From: an uncultured Flavobacteriales bacterium
GTDB lineage: Bacteria; Bacteroidota; Bacteroidia; Flavobacteriales_G; JALEGO01
Direction: 5' to 3'
Assembly: GCA_964512145.1 (NCBI GenBank)
Contig: CAZEIM010000009.1
Coordinates: 7-64,006, forward strand
DNA length: 64,000 nt
In this document: positions 27,738-36,543 of the stretch, one piece after another
Layout of the letters: the number at the start of each line of letters is the position of its first letter
Numbering within the stretch: the stretch's first letter is position 1
The notes under the pieces: generated by a model
What the model saw: only the letters and a program-made list of their open reading frames with translations
What the model was told of the DNA's origin: nothing
Database searches by the model: none
Position numbers and translations under genes: made by a program

Positions 27738-28784
27738 ATGCAGATATTGCGAAAAATTGAAGAAAATAAACAATTTAAAGCTGAGTGGACAATAAAAAAC
27801 AATCAATGTGTTATTGATATTACAAACGAAAATAATCCTGAAAATATTATTTGGGATTTAGCCTTCATACAAACTTATAAAGAAAAAAACACCTGGGTAT
27901 TAAAATACGCCCCATTAAAACAAGAATTAAGGGTTGAGGACACCAAAAAAATAGATCAATTGTTTGAGGCTTATCCTTTTTTAAATAACCAAAACAAGTG
28001 GAATGATAAGCGAAGTTTTATAGGATCAACTACTTTTATAGTTGGTATAGTAATAAGTTTAGTTCTTGCTATCTATTTTTTTATGATACCCTGGTTGGCA
28101 GGATTAATATCGAGTATGATATCCATTGAAAAGGAAATAGAGTTAGGTAATATGTTATATGAACAAACTATAAAAGAGTATACCATAGACGAGGAAAAAA
28201 CAAAACAATTGCAATATTTTATAAACGAAATTGACTGGAATACCCAATACCCTATAAAAGTTACGGTTGTAAAAATGAAAGAACTAAATGCTTTTGCCAT
28301 GCCTGGGGGTAATATTGTAGTGTTTGACTCCTTGCTTAAAACCATAAAACATTATGATGAGTTAGCGGCTTTACTATCTCACGAAGTAACGCACGTTGAA
28401 AAAAGACATTCACTAAAATCTTTAGCTAGAAGTTTATCGGGCAGAATATTTTTATATTTAATATTAGGGGATAATGCAACGTTTATTGATGTATCAAGTA
28501 ATTTAACTGAACTTAATTATTCTAGAGCATTAGAATATGAAGCCGATGCATTTGGATTTGAAATTTTGGAGAAAAATAAAATAAATCCGCAGGGAATGAT
28601 TCGTTTATTTGAAAAGTTTAAAAATGCCGAAAATAAAGCAGAGAGTAAATTACTAAGTTTTTTAAGTACCCACCCTGTAACGGATGATAGAATAAAAAAC
28701 ACCCAATTACTCATTAAAAATAGTCCCTATCAACATGAAATCGATGCTGTATTGATGAAAATTTTTGAGGAAATAAATAAATAA
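27738..28784 (+). CDS. M48-family zinc metallopeptidase with N-terminal soluble domain and a TM segment
   Basis: 348 aa with HEVTHVEKRH (HExxH) and a downstream EYEAD motif. Confidence 0.8.
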   Translation: MQILRKIEENKQFKAEWTIKNNQCVIDITNENNPENIIWDLAFIQTYKEKNTWVLKYAPLKQELRVEDTKKIDQLFEAYPFLNNQNKWNDKRSFIGSTTFIVGIVISLVLAIYFFMIPWLAGLISSMISIEKEIELGNMLYEQTIKEYTIDEEKTKQLQYFINEIDWNTQYPIKVTVVKMKELNAFAMPGGNIVVFDSLLKTIKHYDELAALLSHEVTHVEKRHSLKSLARSLSGRIFLYLILGDNATFIDVSSNLTELNYSRALEYEADAFGFEILEKNKINPQGMIRLFEKFKNAENKAESKLLSFLSTHPVTDDRIKNTQLLIKNSPYQHEIDAVLMKIFEEINK

Positions 28785-28789
28785 AACTA

Positions 28790-30907
28790 TTAATTACTCA
28801 ACACCTCCAACTCAATTTGTTTTTTTAAAATATCAATACCTTTTACTTTTACTTTTATAACATCGGCTAATTGAATGGTTTTTTTAGTTCTTTTTCCTAC
28901 TACCCGATGCTTTTTTTGTTCAAATTCGTAATAGTCGCCCGGGATATCTCGCAAACGAATAAGCCCTTCTGTTTTACTCTCACCTATTTCTACAAATATT
29001 CCCCACTCCGTTACGCCTGAAACAACTCCATTAAATATTTCTCCTACTCTGTTTTGCATGTATAATACTTGCATAAATTTAATAGAAGCTCTTTCAGCTT
29101 CTTCTGCCAACCTCTCTTGAACCGAGCAATGTTTACATAAATTTTCGTATACACTCACCTCTACAGAGTTTCCATGATGTAAATAGTGCTGTAACAATCT
29201 GTGAGCAATCATATCGGGATATCTTCGAATAGGTGAAGTAAAGTGCGAGTAATAATCAAAGGCCAATCCATAATGACCAATGTTATTTGTAGAATATACG
29301 GCTTTTGCCATAGTTCTAACTGCTAGGGTTTCAATAAGATGAGCTTCTTTTTTGCCCTTTACATCCTGCAATAGTTTATTAAAACTTTGAGAAACATCTT
29401 TATGATGATTTGCATTAAAGCTATATCCAAAAGTTTTAACAAACTGAACAAAATCATTTAACTTATCAGGATTAGGTGTGTCGTGTACTCTGTAAATAAA
29501 ATTTTTATGTTTTTCTCCATGCTTAGGCTTTCCTACAAATTCAGAAACTCTTCGGTTTGCTAATAGCATAAATTCTTCAATTAATTTATGGGCATCTTTT
29601 TGAGTTTTAAAAAATACTTCTAAAGGCTGACCTTTTTCATCTAATTTAAATTTCACCTCTTCTTTTTCAAAAGCAATTGCACCTTTGCTCATACGATTTT
29701 TTCGTAAAATTTTTGCTAATTGATTTATGGGGTGCAAAATTTCATGCATTTCACCGGCTCCATCTTCTAAAATTTGTTGCACTTCTTCGTATGTAAAGCG
29801 TCTTATGGAATGTATCACGGTTCTTCCAAACCATTCATGTACTATTTCTGCCTTACTATTTAAAGTAAATACAGCCGAAAAACATAATTTATCTTCATTA
29901 GGACGCAAAGAGCAAACCTGATTGGATAATATTTCGGGTAACATAGGTATTACACGATCTACTAAATAAATGGATGTAGCTCTATTTTGTGCTTCTTTAT
30001 CAATTTCACTTCCCGGTTGTACATAATGCGTAACATCGGCAATATGTACGCCAACTTCAACATTTCCATTATCTAATACCTGATAGGATATAGCATCATC
30101 AAAATCTTTAGCATCAAATGGATCTATAGTAAATGTAGTGATTCCTCTAAAATCTCGTCTATTTTTTATTTCTTGCGAAGAAATTTCAATCGGAATTTTT
30201 TTTGCTTCATCTTCCAGAGCTGAAGGAAATCCCCTTGGTAAACCAAATTCGGCTAAAACACCTTGAACCTCTGTTGAGGTATCTCCAGGTGTACCTAATA
30301 TTTCAATTACCTCTCCAGTAGGTGAATTATTTACATCATCAGGCCATTGAAAAATGCGCACAATCACTTTTTCTTTATCTTTTGCACCATTTAATTTAGA
30401 TAGTGGAATATACACATCGGTCGTAAACTTAGTATTATCAGGAATTAAAAAAGCATGATTTTTAGATACCTGTAATACTCCTACCCACTCCGTTCTGGCT
30501 CTCTCAAGGACTTCTACAATTTTACCCTCGGGTTTTTCTTTAGATAAACTATTTTTAGATACCGCTACCTTTACAACATCTCCATGAAAAGCAAAATCTA
30601 AATATTTTCGGGGTATGAAGATATCTTTTTCAGAAGCCTCACTCACTACATAACCTATGCCCGACTTAGTAACATCTAATGTTCCAATGATATATATTTG
30701 TTGATCTTTCCGTTTATATTTTCCGGGAGCAACTTCAATTAGCTCTCCTTTAAAAGATAAATCGGCCAATAACTTCTCAACCTTTTTTTTCGAATCCACT
30801 GAGGTAATGTTCAGAGTTTTACAAATTTGTTTGTAATTAACTGCTTTCCCTCCTAATGTTTCAAAAGCTTTAAAAATATCTTGAATTAATGTATGCGTTT
30901 CTTTCAC
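28790..30907 (-). CDS. rnr: ribonuclease R
   Basis: 705 aa. The RNB catalytic region has TIDPFDAKDFDDAIS and IYLVDRVIPMLPE. HYGLAFDYYSHFTSPIRRYPD is present, and the C-terminal S1 domain has GVVSGVTEWGIFVE. Confidence 0.93.
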   Translation of the reverse strand: MKETHTLIQDIFKAFETLGGKAVNYKQICKTLNITSVDSKKKVEKLLADLSFKGELIEVAPGKYKRKDQQIYIIGTLDVTKSGIGYVVSEASEKDIFIPRKYLDFAFHGDVVKVAVSKNSLSKEKPEGKIVEVLERARTEWVGVLQVSKNHAFLIPDNTKFTTDVYIPLSKLNGAKDKEKVIVRIFQWPDDVNNSPTGEVIEILGTPGDTSTEVQGVLAEFGLPRGFPSALEDEAKKIPIEISSQEIKNRRDFRGITTFTIDPFDAKDFDDAISYQVLDNGNVEVGVHIADVTHYVQPGSEIDKEAQNRATSIYLVDRVIPMLPEILSNQVCSLRPNEDKLCFSAVFTLNSKAEIVHEWFGRTVIHSIRRFTYEEVQQILEDGAGEMHEILHPINQLAKILRKNRMSKGAIAFEKEEVKFKLDEKGQPLEVFFKTQKDAHKLIEEFMLLANRRVSEFVGKPKHGEKHKNFIYRVHDTPNPDKLNDFVQFVKTFGYSFNANHHKDVSQSFNKLLQDVKGKKEAHLIETLAVRTMAKAVYSTNNIGHYGLAFDYYSHFTSPIRRYPDMIAHRLLQHYLHHGNSVEVSVYENLCKHCSVQERLAEEAERASIKFMQVLYMQNRVGEIFNGVVSGVTEWGIFVEIGESKTEGLIRLRDIPGDYYEFEQKKHRVVGKRTKKTIQLADVIKVKVKGIDILKKQIELEVLSN

Positions 30908-31003
30908 TATGATTTTTCACTAAATTAATATTTAAATGCGAAAACAATTCATTTTATTATGAAATAAAACCAAATTGTTAAATATATTAAAGTCTTTTTT
31001 GAG

Positions 31004-31798
31004 TTACTCTGTAACTAAATTTTCAGAAATATGTGGTTCGTGTTGCTCCGAATTAAGTTGAAAAATATCTTGAAAAGCGGTATACATAATAACCAAACCA
31101 GCAGGAATTGTAAATAGAATACCGAAAAATAAAGCCAATATTCCACTTAACATAATTAAGCCTACCACGATAAAAAACAACAAGTGCCTACCAAATTGAG
31201 CGTGCACAGTTTTAATACTTAAACGAATAGCTTTTACGGGTGCTAGGTTAAAAAAATACACCAATGGTGCAGACCATACTAAAATAATGGCTACATACAA
31301 AAATGGTAATAAAAATATTAAAGACCAAAAGGGGAAGTTTGAATACATTTGAATAATAGCCGATGGATCAGGATTTTGGGATGAATACATTTGAATAATA
31401 GCCTGAAATAAATCATAATAAGATATTATGAGTATAGCCATAAAGGGTATAAATGAAAGGATGTAAATTCCATACATCAATAAAGTAACCATAACTATCC
31501 CTCCAACGTTTTTAAAAGGAGTAAAAAAGTCTGTGAATTGAGCTTCTTTTTTTTGACGTATATTATTCGAAAAAACATATAAACCAATACTTAAAGCAGG
31601 CCCAACCAAAATATTATTCAAAATACCGCCCAAAATAGGAACTAAACCTATTAAATAGGTTATAACTATAATCATCAGAATATATAAAAAATACATTCCA
31701 ATTCTTTCACCGAACGTTTTAAAACCTTCGTTGATATAGTTGCTAAAATTAAAAGTGTAATTAATATTATTATTGAAATTAGATGTAGGGGAACTCAT
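31004..31798 (-). CDS. multi-pass membrane protein of unknown function
   Basis: 264 aa with about 6 hydrophobic helices. It contains the short internal duplication AIIQMYS...AIIQMYS. Confidence 0.55.
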   Translation of the reverse strand: MSSPTSNFNNNINYTFNFSNYINEGFKTFGERIGMYFLYILMIIVITYLIGLVPILGGILNNILVGPALSIGLYVFSNNIRQKKEAQFTDFFTPFKNVGGIVMVTLLMYGIYILSFIPFMAILIISYYDLFQAIIQMYSSQNPDPSAIIQMYSNFPFWSLIFLLPFLYVAIILVWSAPLVYFFNLAPVKAIRLSIKTVHAQFGRHLLFFIVVGLIMLSGILALFFGILFTIPAGLVIMYTAFQDIFQLNSEQHEPHISENLVTE

Positions 31799-31803
31799 AC
31801 AAC

Positions 31804-32190
31804 TTAAGGGTACACGATAATAGTTTGTTCAGTAACTTCTCCTTCTTTAAATTCAACAAAAGCATCGCCTTTTAAGGTGTCGGTTAAAAACCCATCTACT
31901 CTTACATAAGTAGCCGAAGCTTTTAGTACAGCTGGGAGTTTAGTAGAAAACTCAATATTTCCGTTTTTATCCGTATTTCCTTCCTTTTTAATACCTTCCT
32001 TGCATATTTGAGTGTTTGGAGCGTCTTTGGCAGGAGTACAATCTAACACCACTAATGCTCCTCTTAAAGCCACTTTATTTTCATCGGTTACTGTAACAAT
32101 AGCTTTGGGTGCACTTGGTTGCTTGCAACCTGATAATGCATAACCAAATATGATTAAAGCATAAAAATTTGAAAGAAAAAATATTTTCAT
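31804..32190 (-). CDS. small lipoprotein of unknown function
   Basis: 128 aa. The lipobox is YALSGC and the remainder looks beta-rich. It is 5 nt upstream of the 31004..31798 gene. Confidence 0.55.
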   Translation of the reverse strand: MKIFFLSNFYALIIFGYALSGCKQPSAPKAIVTVTDENKVALRGALVVLDCTPAKDAPNTQICKEGIKKEGNTDKNGNIEFSTKLPAVLKASATYVRVDGFLTDTLKGDAFVEFKEGEVTEQTIIVYP

Positions 32191-32248
32191 ACCGTAAATT
32201 TAATTAAATTCGTTTCTTAAATACGAAGTTAATCAATTACTATTAATT

Positions 32249-33076
32249 ATGAAAAATGTTTTTAAAACTTATTCTATTTTTATTTTTTTAAGTGTGCTAA
32301 TGCCCTCTTTTTTGTTTACTCAGCAACAAAAGGTGAAAATTTCTACCGAATATGGTAATATCATATTGGTTTTATACGATGAAACTCCAAAACACCGTGA
32401 TAATTTTATAAAGTTAGTAAAAGAACAATATTATAATGGTTCTACTTTTCACAGAATTATTAAAAATTTTATGATACAGGGTGGAGATCCTAACTCAAAA
32501 GATTCTAACAATACACAACTAGGTAATGGTGGGCCGGGGTATACTTTGCCTGCCGAAATTAATCCCAAATATTATCATAAAAAAGGAGCATTAGCTGCCG
32601 CTAGACTGGGAGACAACATCAATCCCAAAAAAGAAAGCTCAGGAAGTCAGTTCTATATAGTTCAAGGAAGTACCTTTACGGCAGATGTTCTCAAACAAAT
32701 GGAACAAAGAAAAAATAGTTCCTTACAAACAAAATATATACGTTCATTTTTAAATGATCCAAAAAATGAGACATATATTAATAAATTAAAACAATTACAA
32801 GAAGAAAAAAATGAGGAGGCTATTAAAACGTTTTACGGTGAAATTGAATCTATAGTATTGCCAACCATTCCGGAAAAAGAAAAAGTAAAATATTCGGAAG
32901 AACAAATTAAAACATATACTTCTATTGGTGGAACACCTCATTTAGATGGTGATTATACCGTTTTTGGAGAAGTGATTGAAGGGCTAGATGTATTAGATAA
33001 AATTGCATCTGTTCAAACAGGTACTGCGGATAAACCATTGAAAGATATTAAAATGACCATTACCTTAGTAAAGTAA
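32249..33076 (+). CDS. cyclophilin-type peptidyl-prolyl isomerase with an inserted K/E-rich segment
   Basis: 275 aa with a signal peptide. It has FHRIIKNFMIQGGDP, SGSQFYIV and YTVFGEVIEGLDVLDKI. Confidence 0.9.
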   Translation: MKNVFKTYSIFIFLSVLMPSFLFTQQQKVKISTEYGNIILVLYDETPKHRDNFIKLVKEQYYNGSTFHRIIKNFMIQGGDPNSKDSNNTQLGNGGPGYTLPAEINPKYYHKKGALAAARLGDNINPKKESSGSQFYIVQGSTFTADVLKQMEQRKNSSLQTKYIRSFLNDPKNETYINKLKQLQEEKNEEAIKTFYGEIESIVLPTIPEKEKVKYSEEQIKTYTSIGGTPHLDGDYTVFGEVIEGLDVLDKIASVQTGTADKPLKDIKMTITLVK

Positions 33077-34101
33077 TGATAGAAGAAATTGAAAAATATT
33101 TACTGGACGTTAAAAATTTTTCTTCAAGTTCCACTCAACAAGTTGAAGAATTTAAAATCGCATATTTAAGTCAGAAGGGCATATTAAAAAATTTATTTAG
33201 TCAATTTAAAGAAGTTCCCACAAAAAAAAAAAAAGAGTATGGTCAAAAAATAAATGAATTAAAGCAAGCGGTTGAAAGCAAAATAGTTGAATTACAATCA
33301 AAGATTAGTCCCATAAAACAATCAAAAAATGAAGGTTTTGATTATACTTTACCATCGTATAAATATGAGTTTGGATCGAGGCATCCTATATCTATCGTGA
33401 AAACTGAAATAATAGATATATTTAAACGGCTGGGGTATTCTATATCTGAAGGCCCTGAAATTGAAGATGATTGGCATAACTTTAGTGCATTAAACTTTCC
33501 GGAAGATCACCCAGCAAGAGATATGCAAGATACTTTTTTTGTTTCGGGAGATGAAAATATTGCATTGCGTACGCATACTTCTTCGGTGCAAATTCGGGTT
33601 ATGGAATCACAAAAACCTCCTTTTAGAACCATTTCACCGGGAAGGGTTTATAGAAATGAAGCTATATCAGCTCGGGCAAACTGTTTTTTTAATCAAATAG
33701 AGGGTTTGTATATCGATGAAAATGTATCTATGTCGGATCTTAAACAAAATTTATTATTTTTTGCACAAGAAATGTTTGGGACTTCTACTAAGATAAGGTT
33801 AAGACCTTCCTATTTTCCATTTACAGAGCCAAGTGCAGAAATGGATATCTCTTGTTTTTTATGCGACAGTAAAGGATGTAATATATGTAAACAAAGCGGT
33901 TGGGTTGAAATATTAGGTTGTGGTATGGTTGATCCTAACGTACTCAATAACTGCAATATAGATGCCAAAAAATACAATGGATTTGCTTTTGGAATGGGGG
34001 TTGAAAGAATTACTATGTTAAAATATCAGATTAATGATATCCGACTGTTTTACGAAAATGATGTTCGGTTTTTAGAGCAATTTTCGGAGTATTCCATTTA
34101 A
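33076..34101 (+). CDS. pheS: phenylalanine--tRNA ligase alpha subunit
   Basis: 341 aa. It has HPARDMQDTFF, LRTHTSSVQIR, FPFTEPSAEMD and AFGMGVERI. Its ATG overlaps the preceding stop by 1 nt. Confidence 0.96.
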   Translation: MIEEIEKYLLDVKNFSSSSTQQVEEFKIAYLSQKGILKNLFSQFKEVPTKKKKEYGQKINELKQAVESKIVELQSKISPIKQSKNEGFDYTLPSYKYEFGSRHPISIVKTEIIDIFKRLGYSISEGPEIEDDWHNFSALNFPEDHPARDMQDTFFVSGDENIALRTHTSSVQIRVMESQKPPFRTISPGRVYRNEAISARANCFFNQIEGLYIDENVSMSDLKQNLLFFAQEMFGTSTKIRLRPSYFPFTEPSAEMDISCFLCDSKGCNICKQSGWVEILGCGMVDPNVLNNCNIDAKKYNGFAFGMGVERITMLKYQINDIRLFYENDVRFLEQFSEYSI

Positions 34102-34278
34102 CTTTTCTAAAATTTCCATAAAAAGATTTTACCCATATTTTTAAACTGAACGTATATATTGGCGTAATTTTTTTCAGCCAACTAATTCCTAAAATGTTAA
34201 ATTCTAATTTTTATAAAACGAGTTAACGTTCAGTTAATATTAATGTAACATATTTGAATAATTTTTTCTTCTCAAAGT

Positions 34279-34920
34279 ATGATTAACAAATTGTTCACTT
34301 TATTTAAACCAAAAAATAACAAGTTCCATGTACTATTTGTACAATTATCCGAACATATTGTTGAAGCGGCAAAAAGTCTTTCTATATTATTAAAAACTAA
34401 AGACACTTCTCTGCATTTAGAAATTATTAATAAAATACAAATGCTAGAGCATGCCGGAGATGGTATTACACATCAAATTTTTAAAGAACTCAGTAAAAAT
34501 TTTATTACTCCTTTTGACCGCGAAGATATTCATTTACTTGCCTCTTCCTTAGATGATGTGTTAGATTTTATTAATGCAGCATCACAGAGAGTACGAATTA
34601 TGAAAATCAAAGAATTTACACCCGCCATGATAGAACTTGGAGACTTAATTGAAGAAAGTTCGCTTCAAGTACATAAAGCTACTCAAGAACTTAAAAAACT
34701 AAACTATGATGGAATCTTTGATATTTTAGTAAAAATACACAGTATTGAAAACTTAGCCGATGAGTCTTTTGATAGAAGTATATCAAACTTATTCGAAAAT
34801 GAAAAAGATGCCATTACTATTATTAAGCATCAACAAATGTTGGATTTGCTAGAAACTACTACCGATAAATGCGAAGAAGTAGCCAATGCTATAGAATCGG
34901 TTGCTTTAAAATATTCGTAA
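34279..34920 (+). CDS. DUF47-family (PhoU-like) phosphate-transport accessory protein
   Basis: 213 aa. It is helical, with EHAGDGITHQI and PFDREDIHLLASSLDDVLD motifs. It is directly followed by a PiT transporter, which is the canonical pairing. Confidence 0.85.
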   Translation: MINKLFTLFKPKNNKFHVLFVQLSEHIVEAAKSLSILLKTKDTSLHLEIINKIQMLEHAGDGITHQIFKELSKNFITPFDREDIHLLASSLDDVLDFINAASQRVRIMKIKEFTPAMIELGDLIEESSLQVHKATQELKKLNYDGIFDILVKIHSIENLADESFDRSISNLFENEKDAITIIKHQQMLDLLETTTDKCEEVANAIESVALKYS

Positions 34921-35937
34921 ATGACTACCCTACTTATTATCATTATAATATTAGCTTTTATTTTTGATTATATTAACGGTTTTCATGATGCTGCAAATTC
35001 TATCGCGACAATTGTTTCGACAAAAGTATTAAAACCATTTCAGGCTGTAATATGGGCAGCCTTTTTTAATTTTGCCGCTTTTTTTATCTCCAAATATTGG
35101 ATAGGTGAATTTAAAATTGGAAATACGATAGCTAAAAGTGTTAGTATTGAAGTTGGAGACGTTATGGCGCTGTATATTGTTTTAGCCGGTTTAATAGCAG
35201 CTATTACGTGGAACTTACTTACTTGGTATTTAGGAATACCCTCTAGCTCTTCACATACATTAATTGGTGGTTTTATTGGTGCTGCAGTAGCTAGATACGG
35301 AACTTTTTCGGTTATCGTTTCAGACAAAGTATTACCAATTATATTATTTATTTTTCTAGCTCCCATTATTGGAATGTTCATCTCTTCATTTTTTACTTTA
35401 TTAATTCTAAATATTTGTAAAAACGGAAAAATTCATAAAATAGAGAAATGGTTTAAACGCATTCAATTAATTTCTTCTGCAGCATTTAGTTTAGGGCATG
35501 GAGGTAACGATGCACAAAAAGTAATGGGTATTATTGGAGCTGCCATGTTATCTAGTCACTATATTCCAGACTTAAAATCTATCCCTGATTGGGTTCCTAT
35601 TTCGTGTTTTGTTGCTATTGGGCTAGGAACATTAAGCGGAGGATGGAGAATTGTAAAAACCATGGGAGGAAAAATTACAAAAGTTACTCCTTTAGAAGGA
35701 GTAAGTGCCGAATCGGCAGGTGCTTGTACTTTATACATAGCAGAACATTTAGGAATTCCTGTAAGTACTACTCATACCATAACCGGAGCAATAATTGGTG
35801 TGGGTGCTGTAAAAAGAACTTCGGCTGTTCGTTGGGGTGTAACAATTAGCTTATTATGGGCTTGGATTTTAACCATACCTGTTTCTGCCCTAATGGGTGC
35901 TGTAATGTATTATATCTTTAGCTTTTTTGTGGTTTAA
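34921..35937 (+). CDS. inorganic phosphate transporter, PiT family
   Basis: 338 aa. It has the duplicated signature GFHDAANSIAT / GGNDAQKVMG and PVSTTHTITGAIIG. Confidence 0.92.
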   Translation: MTTLLIIIIILAFIFDYINGFHDAANSIATIVSTKVLKPFQAVIWAAFFNFAAFFISKYWIGEFKIGNTIAKSVSIEVGDVMALYIVLAGLIAAITWNLLTWYLGIPSSSSHTLIGGFIGAAVARYGTFSVIVSDKVLPIILFIFLAPIIGMFISSFFTLLILNICKNGKIHKIEKWFKRIQLISSAAFSLGHGGNDAQKVMGIIGAAMLSSHYIPDLKSIPDWVPISCFVAIGLGTLSGGWRIVKTMGGKITKVTPLEGVSAESAGACTLYIAEHLGIPVSTTHTITGAIIGVGAVKRTSAVRWGVTISLLWAWILTIPVSALMGAVMYYIFSFFVV

Positions 35938-36330
35938 TCAATTTTTTTCTTGATCATCGAATGTAATAGGTTCTCCTACTAACTTTCCATGTTCATAATA
36001 CGTTTCAATTTTCTTTTTTCCATTACTATAAAATAACGTATTTCTTCCATTTTTTTCTCCTTTTAAATACTCACATTCAGACCATAAATTTCCATTTTCA
36101 TACCAATGCTGCCATAAGCCCTCTCGTAAATTATTTTTATACTTCCCTTGGTATTTTTTTTGGCCACTTTCGTAATACGCAGTTTCTTCCAATAACATAG
36201 TTAAGTTTTTATCGGAATACTTTAAGGTTAATTTTAGCTTACCCGAATCGTAAAACTCTTCTTTTGTAGCTTTTTGCTGACAATGAAGAAATAACATTAA
36301 AAATGTTGCTAAATATATTGGCTTCCACAT
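35938..36330 (-). CDS. MORN-variant repeat protein (YwqK-like)
   Basis: 130 aa with a signal or lipoprotein N-terminus. It has repeats YESGQKKYQGKYKNNLREGLWQHWYENGNLWSECEYLKGEKNGRNTLFYSNGKK. Confidence 0.75.
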   Translation of the reverse strand: MWKPIYLATFLMLFLHCQQKATKEEFYDSGKLKLTLKYSDKNLTMLLEETAYYESGQKKYQGKYKNNLREGLWQHWYENGNLWSECEYLKGEKNGRNTLFYSNGKKKIETYYEHGKLVGEPITFDDQEKN

Positions 36331-36339
36331 ATTTGCGAA

Positions 36340-36368
36340 TATATTAAGAAAAAATCATTCTTAATATA
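36340..36368. promoter_or_regulatory. perfect 11-bp inverted repeat (TATATTAAGAA N7 TTCTTAATATA) next to the MORN gene start
   Basis: Read directly: 36340..36350 and 36358..36368, 10 nt from the minus-strand ATG at 36330. Confidence 0.25.
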
Positions 36369-36543
36369 CAACTTCATATTTTAAAAACCGGAACACTTTA
36401 CACTAATATATTTCTATTAATATTTATATATAATTTTAATTTTCAATTATTTAATATAAATTTTTAAAATTATAAATTCTATTATATGAAATATTTATAC
36501 ATGACTTAAGCAACAATATAAAGTACTTTTATTAAAAAAAGAT

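Noticed and set aside
35938-36330. The YwqK/MORN-repeat protein as the antitoxin of a toxin-antitoxin pair
   Set aside because: There is no adjacent toxin-like gene. It is flanked by the convergent PiT transporter and a divergent T9SS cargo gene. The protein has a secretion-type N-terminus, which is inconsistent with a cytoplasmic antitoxin.
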